In this document: positions 44,345-57,924 of the stretch, piece after piece | How the letters are laid out: each line of letters begins with the position of its first letter | How positions within the stretch are numbered: position 1 is the first letter of the stretch | From: the human T2T-CHM13v2.0 reference genome, Homo sapiens | Direction of reading: 5' to 3' | Assembly: GCA_009914755.4 (NCBI GenBank) | Contig: CP068257.2 | Span: forward strand, 17,952,001 to 18,016,000 | Length of the DNA: 64,000 nucleotides | Made by a program: the position numbers and the translations under genes | The notes under the pieces: generated by a model | The model's input: only the letters and a program-made list of their open reading frames with translations | Database searches by the model: none | Told to the model about the DNA's origin: nothing

Positions 44345-44935
44345 CAAAGCAAAAATGGATAAATGGGATTACAACAAGTTAAAAAACTTCTGCACATTGA
44401 AGGAAACAATCAGCAAAGCGAATAGACAACCCACAGAATTGAAAAAAAATTGCAAACTACTCTTCTGACAAGGGATTGATAATGAGAATATAAAAGGAGC
44501 TCAAACAACTCTATTGGAAAAAAACTTCGTAATCTGATTAAGAAGTGGGAAAAATTAAATAGACATTTCTCAAAAGAAGACAGAAATGGCAAATAGACAA
44601 AGAGGTGCTCAACATCAGTGATCACTGGATAAATGCAAATCAAAAATATAATAAGATATTATTTCACCCCATTTAATAATAGAAAGAATGAATAAGACAT
44701 AGTATTTGATAGCACAACAGGGTGATTATAGTCAACAATAATTTACTTGTACATTTTAAAATAATGAAAGGGGTATGATTTGTTTGTAAAACAAATGATA
44801 AATGCTTGAGGGGATGAATACCTGGTTCTCCCTGATGTGCGTGTTTCACATTACATGCCTGTGTCAAAAAATCTCATGTACCCCATAAATACACGTAGGA
44901 TGCACCCACTAACTTAAAAATATGTACTTTAAAAG
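44345..44935 (+). mobile_element. L1 (L1M-type) 3'-end fragment immediately downstream of the younger L1
   Basis: 'ggataaatgggattacaacaagttaaaaaacttctgcacattgaaggaaacaatcagcaaagcgaatagacaacccacagaattg...' is the ORF2 C-terminus KIDKWDYIKLKSFCTAKETI..VKRQPTEW. '...gatagcacaacagggtgattatagtcaacaataatttacttgtacattttaaaataatgaaaggggtatgatttgtttgtaaaacaaatgataaatgcttgaggggatgaatacc...gtaccccataaatacacg' is the L1M 3' terminus. Confidence 0.8.
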
Positions 44936-47900
44936 TGAACAGTAATTATATTTTTTGTGTAGTACCAAGTATTTATAAGGGCCTCTGAGTATCTTTATGC
45001 CCTAGAAAAATGAAACAAAATGTGTAATAAATAAATTAACCAAAGTAGTTACAGAACATAAATGGCATCGTGAAATTCAACAGTTGTATAGTGATTACAG
45101 TTTTAGGTTCTCAAGTTCAGTAAGATTTCTATTGTTAGTAAAAATTAGAAGAGGGTGGTAACTATACAGACATAGCACTGATTAATCCTAAATTCATGCC
45201 TTTTAATTTTTAAATTCATATCCACAGGTTATATTTGTCAGAATTACCTTCTGTCCTCAATTTTTATTTGTTATTTATTTTGATTTTTAAATTGCAAAAC
45301 GTCTGAAGATATGGATTTACAAATGATGCCTGTTTCCAAGATTAATGGTAATATAACAGGTAAAAAAGGCTCAAAGATATTTAGAGTATTTATCAAAAAT
45401 ATAAAATATTATCACACTGGAGGTATTACAGTTTGGTCATTTACTTTAAGATGCAATCTGTTTGGTGTGTTTAAGTATATGAATAAATGCATGTTTACTT
45501 ATATGTTTATGTATACATAAACATGTAGTGATATATTTGCATACACATGTGTTTGTGTCTTTGTGTAAAAGGAATTATAGTTCTTTGAAAGACTTTAGAT
45601 AGTATTTATTTTCCAAATTCATAGTTTACATTGAATATAATTGAACATTGCACAGTATTCATTTCTGTGATAAATCAGTTCAACTGTAAAATTCTATGTA
45701 GGCTGCCTTATCAGTGAAAGCTTATATTCATCTAACAAACTAAGGAAAAGAAGAACATTCCTAATATTAATCTTACTCATATTCAACAATATATTGTATT
45801 CAAATTACTCTTGTTTTTAGTTAAAAATTTATTAATTTATTCAAATTTCCTACCAAAATTTATTCAAAATTCAAGATGGTGGGAAAACAATGACTTTAGT
45901 TCTATATGAAAGATTTGATAATTATTGACCTACTTGGACATTTGTATGTGAATTATCAGCCAATTAAGGGACACTCAAAAATTACTCTAATATTTAGATA
46001 GGAAGTGTTTGAGATATTAGGTTAATTCAGCTTATATAAACAATAAACCAAGATGTCAGTTTAAAGATAAAGCTACTACACTTTCTGAATTTTATACTTT
46101 GCCTGCCTTAAGTTAGCAATTTAATAAAATATTTGGAAAGATTTAGAGCTATTTTGGCATAACCTTAAAGAAATAATTTTGATGTTTGATAATATAGGGA
46201 GACACATTCATTAGTAATAAAGTGACAAGCTATACTATTGAATTATAGGACAGAATAACAGCAAATTATGACAAAAATTAAAATAAAGATGGCCCAAAAT
46301 TATCAATGGAAATATGCATTTATAAAACTTAAGAAGACCTGAAGAAATATGTTAAAGTGAAAAGTCTCAGCAAATATTACTGAAAATTAAAACTGAATGA
46401 TTAGAAAAAGCGTTGAAATATGTTTTTTATTTATTTACTTTGTTGTAAATATTTAATCATGGCAATCAGAAAATAATACCAACAACAACAGCCCCAAATG
46501 ATTTGATTATAGCAGTTTACAAATATCATTTTTAAGTAGTTACATACTTTAGTATTTCAAAAATTTAGATGTTCCAAATTTAATATACTTATAATTACGT
46601 GCTTAATTTCTTCAAATGTATGGATCATCTTTCTTCACTTTTTAATTCAGTGAAACAACCTTTGGGTCCGTAGTTTAAGCTACAACTGTTTCTGATCGTC
46701 CTTTTACCACAAAATCATTTTAAGATGATGACTGCACTGATAAGACCAACCAGTTTTTAGGTTGATTCCATTACCTGTACATATGCTCTGCATTTATCCT
46801 TAAAAAGATTTTCAAAGTTATTTGATCGCCAGTAAAATGGTACATCATAAAACACAAAAATAGCAATTAAGTAAAACCTATTTTATTGTTGTTTCTTGAG
46901 AAAGTGTAATGCATAGATGATTTTAGAGACTTGTGTTTTCCTTGGTGAATTTCAAACATAAAAATAGGATGTAATTTATATACTATGAAAACTTATTTCC
47001 ATTTATGAAGCAATACTTTGAAATGGTGAAATATTAAATGACAGTCCCTTTTGGTTCATGAAGGAGGTGGATGGCTCTGTTACATTACACTAACTTTGTA
47101 AATTAAGCATTATGATGCTCACTTTACCCCCTTTGCTTAATCTCCTTCTCTGTCAGCTGTGCGTTTTGCATTTGAGTAATAAAACTCACAGAATATTAGC
47201 TACTCAGAAGGTTTTATTTCATATCTGAGAGGCTCTCCAATTTTTAAAATCACAGAGATTTCCTATTTAAGGTCAGTTATTATATTATGTGTTACATCTC
47301 TTAAAAATTAAATATAGCCATCTTTATCTTTCTGCTTCACCTGAGGGGCTAGTGTGTCATTCTTATTACCCAACACATAAATGGCTCTTTAAAATGAACT
47401 GGATTTATTTGGCTTAAAAAAACTTTGATATTTAAATTAAACACAACCTTAATTAAATTTGTAGTTCAAGAGGAAAGGCAATGATGCTTCAGCTAGAGGG
47501 AAATAGCTGTAATTATACCCACTATCTCAGAGATGAGCTTATTACTTTTATATATTAATAAGAAATATATAAATATTCTGGCAACTGCTTTATAAGTTAT
47601 CTCTACATCTTCTATCAAGTATTTGTACTAATTTCTGGCATAAACACAAACTTACATTTGTAATTATGAAACTATTTTACTTTAGTATTTTTTTAACATT
47701 TTTGGTTGTTTTGAACTAGTTTTAATACATTATATATGTTAATTTATTACTAAAATTTAAGACATTTCATTCTCTGACACACGTTAATTTTTTTCAATAA
47801 ATTAAAACAAAATTTAAAAATAGTTTTATGTATACATATTTCCTGCCCATTGTGATTATGAATTTTGGGGAATATAAATTTTAACTTTATTTCCATTCTT

Positions 47901-48469
47901 TTATGAATGTGTGTCCATAGAGTTGTCACATAATCTCATTTTTTAACCTGTAACTGGGAATGATAAAGTACATATATAAGGTAGCTCAGAGCCTAGAACA
48001 TTGTAGCCGTCAAAATAGAAGTTATTATTTTAATTTTATGTAATATTTATTAATATTTATCTAATAATATTTTAATATTATTTTAATCAAAGAATAATTT
48101 ACATAAAAACTGCCTAAAGTCTCTTTGAAAATCCAGCTTCTTTTTAAATTTTGCCATACTCATTGACACATATTTCCAATGATAATTTCTACTTCAGCTC
48201 ACTAAAGTATAATGTGTTGAAAGTGAAAAAAATTAAAATCAGGAATTTATAATTATGGAATTTTAAAGTTGTTATATATCTTAAAGATAGCTTATCTAGC
48301 ACCTTCATCTTTGAGACAGAAGCTAGTTACCTAAAGTCTCCAACTAGTTATCAGCAGACTAGTGTTTAGAACAAAGCTATACTGGTGACATAAAGCAATT
48401 TTTCCCGAATGCCAAATCCCTCCATAATATATACTATCCTTAAACTTTCAATGATTTTCTTAATTTTAT

Positions 48470-48511
48470 GTATTTATGTATGTATGTATATATGTATGTA
48501 TGTATGTATGT

Positions 48512-48535
<24 letters not shown>
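48470..48535. repeat. (TATG)n-(TTTA)n compound microsatellite at the tail of an antisense Alu
   Basis: 'tgtatttatgtatgtatgtatatatgtatgtatgtatgtatgtatttatttatttatttatttattt'. Confidence 0.9.
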
Positions 48536-48830
<295 letters not shown>

Positions 48831-49146
48831 TTCCTTTAATTAGCAATGACATACATATTCATTTTTGATGAATACCTACAAATCGATGAAAAATTTTATT
48901 GAAAAAAAGAAATTCTTATTCTACTAATTTGGTCAAAAATGCATATATATTTCCATTGCACTTTTCCCAGTTCCTTTCTTTCTTCACTCTCTATTGATTA
49001 CAACTTAAAAGCAATTAAGTATATTTACTTACCAAAACTAGTGTGATCCTATTTATAGTTACTGGGAAATTACATCTGTCAAATCTGTCATAGGATTTCT
49101 ACATGAGAAAGAAGCTAATCTACATGATATGTTAATTATCAATTGC

Positions 49147-49925
49147 TGTATAATAAATTATTCCCAAACTTGGTGGTTTATAACAACAACATTAAGTTCT
49201 GGGGTACATGTGCAGAACGTGCAGGTTTGTTACATAGGTATACACGTGCCATGGTGGTTTGCTGCACCCATCAACCCGTCATCTACATTAGGTATTTCTC
49301 CTAATGCTATCCCTCCCTAGCCCCCCACCACCCGACAGGCCCCGGTGTGTGATGTTCCCCTCCCTGTGTCCATGTGTTCCCATTGATCAACTCCCACTTA
49401 TGAGGGAGAACATGTGGTGTTTGGTTTTCTGTTCTTGTAATAACAACAACATTATGTATCTCAGTTTCTGTGGGCTAGGAAGCCAGGTGCTACCTGGGTA
49501 CCTCTCACAAGGCTGCCTTCAAGGTGCCGGCGGAGCTAGCAATGATCACAAGACTACTGACAAAGGAGTCATTTTAAACTCGCTCACTTGATTGTCACAG
49601 GACTCAATTATTTGCAGGCTGTTCGCCAAAGTCTTTGCTTGGCCCATTAGTGCAGGTGCATTTCTACAGGACAACTCATGACACGGCTGCTGTTTCACTG
49701 GAGAGAGTAAGAGAAGACAAGAGAGAAAGAGAACAAACAAGATGAAAGTCGCAGTTTTTTATAAAGTAATCTTGCGAGTAACATCTCATAACTTTTGCTG
49801 TTTTGTATTTATTACAAGCAAGTAATTAGATCCTGCCTATACTCAAAGATAGGGTGTTACACAAGCATATGAATATCAGGGATGGATACCACTGGGAGAC
49901 ATTTCAGAAGCTGCCCGAGAGATAT
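49147..49925 (-). mobile_element. ERVL-MaLR LTR (MLT1-type), antisense, interrupted by a short L1 piece
   Basis: 'tgtataataaattattcccaaacttggtggtttataacaacaacatt | [L1 piece] | atgtatctcagtttctgtgggctaggaagccaggtgctacctgggtacctctcacaaggctgccttcaaggtgccggcggagctagcaatgatcac...gtcacaggactcaattatttgcaggctg...gggtgttacacaagcatatgaatatcagggatggataccactgggagacatttcagaagctgcc' is colinear with the reverse complement of the MLT1 consensus, 'tgtcataacaaaataccacagactgggtggcttaaacaacagaaatttatt.tctcacagttctggaggctggaagtccaagatcaaggtgtcagc...'. Confidence 0.75.
49195..49439 (-). mobile_element. ~245-bp piece of the extreme 3' end of a young L1 (L1PA-type), antisense, without poly-A, flanked by a perfect 15-bp direct repeat
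   Basis: 'aagttctggggtacatgtgcagaacgtgcaggtttgttacataggtatacacgtgccatggtggtttgctgcacccatcaacccgtcatctacattaggtatttctcctaatgctatccctccctagcccccc...' is the reverse complement of the L1 3'UTR end '...ggggggctaggggagggatagcattaggagaaatacctaatgtagatgacgggttgatgggtgcagcaaaccaccatggcacgtgtatacctatgtaacaaacctgcacgttctgcacatgtaccccagaactt'. The direct repeat 'ataacaacaacatta' lies at 49180-49194 and 49440-49454. Confidence 0.8.
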
Positions 49926-50732
49926 TATTAATTTGAGAAAGTTAGCTTTATGGATTTAAGAAAGCACAGAATAATGTTCCCATGATTGTATGAAAGCGGC
50001 TTTATTTTTTAAAAGTGGTCCAAGGATTTTATTCCAAGCACTTCATATTTTTTTCTTGATTTATTAAAAAGAAATTGCTGATGAGTTCTCTGCCACTCAT
50101 TGAAAGTTCTTTTTTCTTTTGATCAGATTAATAAATTACTTACAGAGTTCAAGATGATATTTATTTAGTGATAAGCATGTAGAATTTTCTTTCTAGTCTC
50201 AATCATGAAGTTGAGAATCCATTTATACTTCTATTTATTATTTTTCTTTTCTTGTTATTTACTTGCCGCTATTTATTTCAAACTGCAGAACTCACTTTAC
50301 GAAGTTGCAGTTGGCTTTTGTGGCAAACATATTAAACTCAACTTAGTACCATGAGTTGAAGAAAATTTATTTTGATCTCAGAAGTAAAAATCAAACCTCT
50401 AATACACATAAAAAGCTGTAAAATTTTGCAGCAGTATACTTTTTAAATAAAAGAAGCCTCACTAAACTAGATGAATTAACTTTTATAATATGGACTGGAC
50501 GGATTGCTTTTCTATTTCCAAATAGTAGACTCATTAAGAGAATACTGAAAATGCACTTCACACATACGAGAATCTCAGAGGAGGACAATAGAATGTAGAA
50601 GCCAATAATTTTAGCAATCACAATATTCAACATATGAAAATCAGGAAAAATGTTTAATTTAAAAATATACATAAAATGAACAAAAACATGTAATCGGAAA
50701 GCATAAAAAATATAATCTGGTTGTTTGAGTAG

Positions 50733-51095
50733 TTTATATGGTTTTGCTGTGCCCCACCCAAATCTCATCTTGAATTGTAGCTCCCATAATTCTCCTGGGT
50801 TGTGGGAGAGACACAGTGGGAGGTAGTTGAATCATGGGGTCGGGTCTTTCCAGTGCTGTTCTTTTGAGAATGAATAAGTCTCGTGAGATCTGATGGTTTG
50901 ATAAGGGGCTTTTCCCCCTTTTGCTCGGCACTTCTTCCTGCGATCATGTGAAGAAGGACGTGTTTGCTTCTCTTTCCATCATGATTGTCAGTTTCCTGGG
51001 GCTTCCCAAACCATGCTGAACTGTAAGTCAATTAAATCTCTTTTCTTTATAAATTATCAAGTCTTGGGTATGTCTTCATTAGCAGACTAATACAG
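50733..51095 (+). mobile_element. Solo ERVL-MaLR LTR (THE1/MST-type)
   Basis: 'ttatatggttttgctgtgccccacccaaatctcatcttgaattgtagctcccataattctcctgggttgtgggagagacacagtgggaggtagttgaatcatggggtcgggtctttccagtgctgttcttttgagaatgaataagtctcgtgagatctgatggtttgataaggggc...ccatcatgattgtcagtttcctggggcttcccaaaccatgctgaactgtaagtcaattaaatctcttttctttataaattatcaagtcttgggtatgtcttcattagcagactaatacag' is a near-consensus THE1-like LTR. Confidence 0.9.
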
Positions 51096-51098
51096 TAG

Positions 51099-51436
<338 letters not shown>

Positions 51437-54400
51437 TTCCCTTCTCAAATTTTTGAAAAACTCTTCTAAATTTAAATGTTGCTGGAAGAGTAAATATATT
51501 AATGAGTAGTAAATAAAATAGCTTACCTACTTTAAAGTCAGGTGACTTTTACTTTATGTTTGTTTTGAATGTCATGTTTATTTTATATTATGGAGCATAT
51601 AATATATTGACTGTGTTATTGAGATAATAATTTTGGATATGTTGTCAGTATATAGTGAGACAAGGTAATAAAATCACTGCCATGAAGCTCTCTTCCACAA
51701 AATCTCAACAAAAGTAGGATACAGTATTGAGGAGACAAATTATTATTTTTATTTCCATTTCCATTTATAGTGGGACAGTTTTATTCTATTATTTTTATTT
51801 ATAATTAGATGAGTAATCTAGGGTTACTGTAAAAATATTAGATGGTGCAAATACAAAGGAAGAAAAATATTTTCAACATTACACTCACCAGCAAGAGATA
51901 ACCACAATTAACATTTTGATTCATATACTCCCATAGTGCATTCAGTACAAATATATACCTATCTATTTCTATTTCATAACTAAACTTTGTCCTTTATGAT
52001 TTCCTACTCTGACCATACATAGGATCGTAAGGCCCATGTTTGCTCTTCTTCGGAATTGTCCTGGCTAATTCTCTCTCCCCACCCATAACTCAGCAGAATT
52101 TATGGGCAAAAATGTGAGTGGATACCAAATATAAAAGTTGTATTTATATATTATCAATATGTGGAATTACCCACATTAATAATTATATCATAAATAACAA
52201 AGTGAATCTTTAACTGCTTTTGCAAGTTTACTATAATATTTAGATGTAACCTTCAGGGAAATCTTGCAAAGTATTGCTATTTTACTCTCCTGTAACAAAT
52301 TACCACAAATGTACCAGTGTAAAACTACACATATTTATTATCTAAGAATTTCACTGAGAGATGAAATTTGGGGGGCTACCTTTAAATTCTGTCTAACAAA
52401 ATTAAAGGCCTTCAAAGAAACAGTTAAAATACTTAAGTGTTTAACTGAAGGGTTATATTACTGTGATTTACTGTACTTTAAAAAAAAAAAGACAGATATA
52501 TAAAGATAAGACAGATTTAGATAGTTTTTTGCTTTATTGAGTAAAATAAGTTTCAATTCCAGAGAAAAATATCTGTAATTATACTCACAGTGTATATATA
52601 TGTACATAAGTGCATGTATATGTGTGTGTATGTAAAAATACATATATATTCTTCCTATATAAATGAATGAATTAGAAATGCCAGGCTTTTACAAATCACA
52701 AAAGTTATTTCTGTAATATTTTCATATTTTAGTTGAATTATGGCAATGGTGTAATGTGTCACACAAAATATAAAATTGGTATGATATAAAACACTAATTA
52801 CGTATAAAGCCTGTTGTGTACCCATTGTATTTATAAAACAAATAAAGTTTAGTAAGGAATAACCAATTTATCTTTACTATGGCATGAATAATTTGATTTG
52901 TTAATATAATTGTAGTGAGAAATTTATTGAAATACAAATGTTGTAAGTCAAATTCTAATATGCCTTTATTTGTAATATTATATATATAATTTACCATATA
53001 TATAAAACTTAAATTCTATCTATATCTATATTTATATAAAATTCAACATCACCTTGGCACTAAGTAAATCACACTGTGAATGTTAACCTCAATAACAGAG
53101 AAGTGCATTTTAAACTAGACTCTATTATAATAGAATATTTATACTTAAATAGCCCTTTCAATCTTACTGTCCTCTTTTGGGAACATTCATCATAGATATT
53201 TAATTTTAAAGTCCATCTAATGCAATTTCCTAATTTATTAGAAGTGGAAACTGGGCCCTGTTTTAGAAATGTTAGGTGTCTTGCCATTGGCACTTACTAA
53301 TGGATGATGGAAGTAGGATAAGACAGGCCCTCCTAACTCCAGGCTCTCTGCTCTTTCCCCCACCATTAAATGACCTTCCCTGCTTTGATGCTAATTCTAA
53401 TACAAAGGTTCTCATTCTTGATTTGAAAAGCTATTGGAATTATGTATACTAGTAATGTAACATGTAACACTGAATTAATACTGCACTTTTTCAGAGTTCC
53501 CCAGCTGCCACACGCATTTTGTATGAATCCTGTGATAAATTTGAGCTTTGAGCTTGCTAACTTTAAACATGTCAAACATCAATATTTTTGTCAAAGTTAA
53601 GTTTTAGAAAATAGTAAGACAAAGACTCTATCAGATGTGCACATAACTCTAGTTAAAATATTATTTACAGCAGTCAAAAATTAGACATAACCATAATGTT
53701 CTTTAAACTGGTGTTTGAATAATGGAGGAATAAATTGAGCAAATTATTCAAATATTTCACAACAAATTATTGCCTGGAAGTCTTATAAGCTTTGAGATAA
53801 AATTATGTGCACTCTGTCCTCACTGGGCTGACAATTTAGCAGAGAGGATACAAACAGGAAATAGCCATCTAATAAAGTTGGGTCAGCCAATCTAAACTAA
53901 CTGGACTCATTTGAGATTGGAAATTACAATATAAGCTCCTAAGAAAAGTAAATATGAAGGTCCCAGCAAGGAAAGAAGAAACTAGGAAATTTTATCACTT
54001 GTTACATGGTAAAAGGCTTACAGCTCATGAAGAATATTCACATCCATATTTGAGGAGTTTGGATTTTATCCTAAAATAAAAGAGAAACAATAAAGGATTT
54101 TAACAAGAAAGAACCATACGTTTTTAGAAAAGTTTCTCTGGCTGCATAGGGAAGCATAAATCAGAGAGTAATTGGATGGCACACCAGTTAAGTTCTGGTA
54201 TTAATTTTAGATAGAAGTTGTCTTTGAAAACGCTGATGCTGTTGTGGGCCCAGAAGGGTAGTTAGATTCAAGTCCTCTGATCATTACTGAGAAGGAAGGG
54301 CCAAGTTCACCTTCCAGGTTTCACCATGGGCTACTGAGTTTATCATAGTATTATTCACTGAGATTAGGAACTCAGAATAAACAATGCACTAGAAAGGTAA

Positions 54401-55899
54401 GATGAATTTTTATAGGTAACTCACACCAACTTTTCTCAAACAGAAATCATCCATGTAGATTTATAGGAGGATGTTGAGGGAACTTTGGGGTAATGTCACT
54501 ATTAAAAGATAAGTTATAAAAGTTCATTGACCTAGAATCAGGCTAAAGATGTAGTGACATAAAATTTTGCATATCTATAGCTATAATATGAAAAGGTCTG
54601 AGAAAATAGACAATGTATTAACAATATTTATGTTAGGTAGCATATGTTTTATGATATTCACTATTATTATATTTAATTTTAAGTTCTGACCACTTTGTGA
54701 TCTCGTAAAAAAAAAGTATTAAAACAACTTTGTTAATTAGAAACTCTGCTTTTCTGTACTTATAAAAATAATTAAACCTGAAGCTTGATATTTTTGTCTT
54801 ACCTTGCTGTTTTTCATTATTCTAATTTCATTTTGATAGCATCACATGTATATTTTGCAGAGTACTATATACTTGTAATAACACTACTTACTTCTTCCTC
54901 TAGGAAATATTAACTGTACTTCCAGTTTTTGTTTTATATATTTTTCATAATGGCATTTATTTTATTGTCAATTAACATCACTCTCCACCCGTGGTATTAA
55001 ATATGTAGTTTTTAAATATGCTGTATCTTTTCTTGGAAACATTTAAGAGTCACAGTCCTCTGCAACAATTCCCAATGTTATCTACAAGTAGACGATTTTC
55101 AAAGGGAATCTACATATACATGTTAGATAAGTTGTTAAAGCTTTTCACCATGCACAGAAAAAAAAACTACTCAATTCCAATGTCTAAAGTACAGATAATA
55201 TATAATAAATTAATCAATGTGGTGACAAAACAGTTGAAGCAGGTAACAAAGGAAAAAAAGTCAAACATCCTAGAGTAAGCTTAGTTTGAGTAATCAGCGA
55301 ATAGAAATATTATGTGATCATAATTATGCTTTTAGGGATGTATAATCATTTAAGGACATGTTTCAATAAGTCATATCATTTGTATATCAATGCAATAATT
55401 TATGTTTCATAAAAATTTGAAGGACAGTATTAGAGACTAAAGTTAAAATACTATGCTTCTAAATAAAACTGGAAAATTTAATGTCTTGGCAAAGTCTTTA
55501 CGAATATTTGTCTCTGGGAGAATATTCTAACTACAGGATCATGAATGAACTGGAAGAATGAACAAAAGTAATGCCCCAGACATGACCCTCAACGAATGAA
55601 AAATAGGATATAATGGATAAATGGCTTCTATTAGTTCCTCTTAGTGCTATAAAACTTTACCACAAATTTAACCACTTAAAGTAACAGAAATTTATCATAT
55701 AGTGCTGTAGGTCGGAACTGCAAAATTCTTCTCACTGGGCTGAAATCAACATTTCTCAGGGCTGTTTTCCTTCTGGAGGCTCTAGGGGATATTCTGTAGC
55801 TTTCTCTTTTCCAGATTCTAAAGGCTGCCTGCGTTTCCTGGTTTGTGGCCCCCTTGCATCTTCATAGCCATCAATGCCTAGCTGACACATTCTCATGAT

Positions 55900-56215
55900 G
55901 CCATACGGATTATTTGTCTGTGAGAGAATTTCTTGAAGAGATCAGCATTTGGATCAGTAGACTGGGTAAACATGATCACCCTCACCAATACAGGCAGGCA
56001 TCATCCAACCCACTGAAGGCCTGAATAGAACAAAAAGGCAGTACTCTCAGTACTCTCAGTACTCTGGACATGTACCATTGGCTCTTCTGGTTCAGGATGC
56101 TGACTTTCTTGGTTCTCCAGTGTGCAGAGGGCACACTGTGGGACTTCTTGGCCTCCATAGTCACAGAAACCAATTCCTATAATAAGTAAATCTTTCCCTC
56201 TCTCTCCAAATGTAT
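55900..56215 (-). mobile_element. Probable MLT1-type MaLR LTR fragment (antisense); upstream 55690-55900 may be a second LTR-like fragment
   Basis: 'gagaatttcttgaagagatcagcatttggatcagtagactgggtaaacatgatcaccctcaccaatacaggcaggcatcatccaacccactgaaggcctgaatagaacaaaaaggcag...ggacatgtaccattggctcttctggttcaggatgctgactttcttggttctccagtgtgcagagggcacactgtgggacttcttggcctccatagtcacagaaaccaattcctataataagtaaatctttccctctctc' resembles the reverse complement of MLT1A ('...gagattagcatttgaatcagtggactgagtaaagcagattgccctccccaatgtgggtgggcatcatccaatccgttgagggcctgaatagaacaaaaaggcgg...agcttgcagacggcagatcgtgggacttctcagcctccataatcgcgtgagccaattccttataataaatctc'). It contains a 3x tandem 'cagtactct' at 56035-56062. Confidence 0.5.
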
Positions 56216-56350
56216 ATATAAAAATATAATATATAATATAGTATAATATATAATATAATTATATAATATATACTATATAATTATATATTACATAATATAC
56301 AAATTTATATATATATATAAATTGTACACACACATATACAAATATATATC
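56210..56350. repeat. AT-rich complex/low-complexity repeat (TA / ATAAT motifs)
   Basis: 'tatatataaaaatataatatataatatagtataatatataatataattatataatatatactatataattatatattacataatatacaaatttatatatatatataaattgtacacacacatatacaaatatatat'. Confidence 0.8.
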
Positions 56351-57924
56351 TCATATTGTGTAGAATATTCTCTCAGAGACAAATATCCATGAATACTTTG
56401 CCAAGTACTGGAACTATCTGCAGCGTACTGACAATCTCTCTTACATGCCCTTTTAGGTCTTCTGGCCCATTAAAAATATACATGTATATTTTTCTGAACC
56501 ACTTCATAGTAGGTTGCTTACCTAATACCCTTATCTCCGTAATAATTCAGTACACATTCTCTAAGAAATAATTTAATTCCTATGTAATCACAGTATGGTT
56601 CAAAATATAGTGTTCAAAATTAGAAAATATAACTTTACTGCAATACTTTTATTTAATCTCTCGGGGTTTTAAAAATGTGTTTGCCTGGGAATATCTATTT
56701 CATTTTAATTTTCCAAGGATTTTAAAAATAATATAGCATTTTTTAATTGGATTTTTTCTCCAAAATTTATGATGTCATTTGTCTGCCTTCTTGATTCCAT
56801 ACTTTCAGTTGAAATCACATCTATTTGTCTTCTTTTTGCTCCTTAAAGATAATGTGGATTTTTCATCTGGCCACTTTAAGATTTCCCCTCTGAACTGGCA
56901 TTTCGAAATTTTACTGTGCCACTCCTAGGGTTTATTTTCCTTATGACTATCCTACTTGCAGTTCATGCACCTTCTTAAGTTCATAGGTTTTGGTCTTTTA
57001 TCTACTTTGCAAAAGAATGAGTAATTCAAGAAAAATTGCTTCTGTCATTTTAGCTTTCTTTAATTAAACCACAGACATTTTCGAAGCTCAAATATATGTA
57101 TTATGAGTTTCTTAAGTATTGCAAAAACATTTTTTTCTCATGTTAAAGATTGGATGAGAAATACATAGAAAATACCATGTTTGGACTAGGGAGAATAAAG
57201 ATTTTAAAAATCTCTTTGATGTGTTTAATCCATTTCTATTTTTTTCCTCTCTTCTTTATTCTCTCTTTCTCTTTACATTTTAGTACTTTTATTTTTCTGG
57301 CATGCTTGGTAGGTTTTTTTAAAAAAAGTCTTCAATTTGTATGTAAAATTGCAGTCATTGGTTGATGTACTCTTCTTCCAGGATGGTTGAACTTTCCCCT
57401 GGCCATTATTTAGAATTCAGATGATATCTTTTGGTATCTTTGATATCACATGATATATTTGAGTTTTATGTCAAGTTTACTTATGGTTTAATCTTAGTCC
57501 AGAATATACATTTTTCTCCTAGAGCGTAACTTTACTTCTAGAGCTTACATCTTCTGGCCCCTGAAAAATGCTTCATGACTTGACCATGACATGCCCATAC
57601 TTTAATCTAGGCTCTTCAGGACAACAAGGCTCTGAAGTGTTATTTTTGAATTCCAGTTATTGTTTTTTGCTTTATTTCTGTTTTCCTTTGTACATGTCCA
57701 CCGTAAAAGTTGACAGCTCAAAGAAGATAGCAGGCATGCAGACTTTCGGCTGCACGGGGTTTTCATCACTTTAAGCCACAGTCACCTTTGTAGCTTTTTA
57801 ACTTCAACCTGTCTGTGTTACTAGGTGACACTACTGAAAGCCAAAATAAATATATATTTTCTTAGACTCTAATTGTCCACACCGGAAATGTAAATATTCC
57901 ATGTGTTAAAAAAAAGTGAATGTG

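Noticed and set aside
50391-50768. 125-aa minus-strand ORF just upstream of the THE1-like LTR
   Set aside because: It is AT-rich with no recognisable homology, and it partly overlaps the LTR start. It is consistent with a chance ORF.
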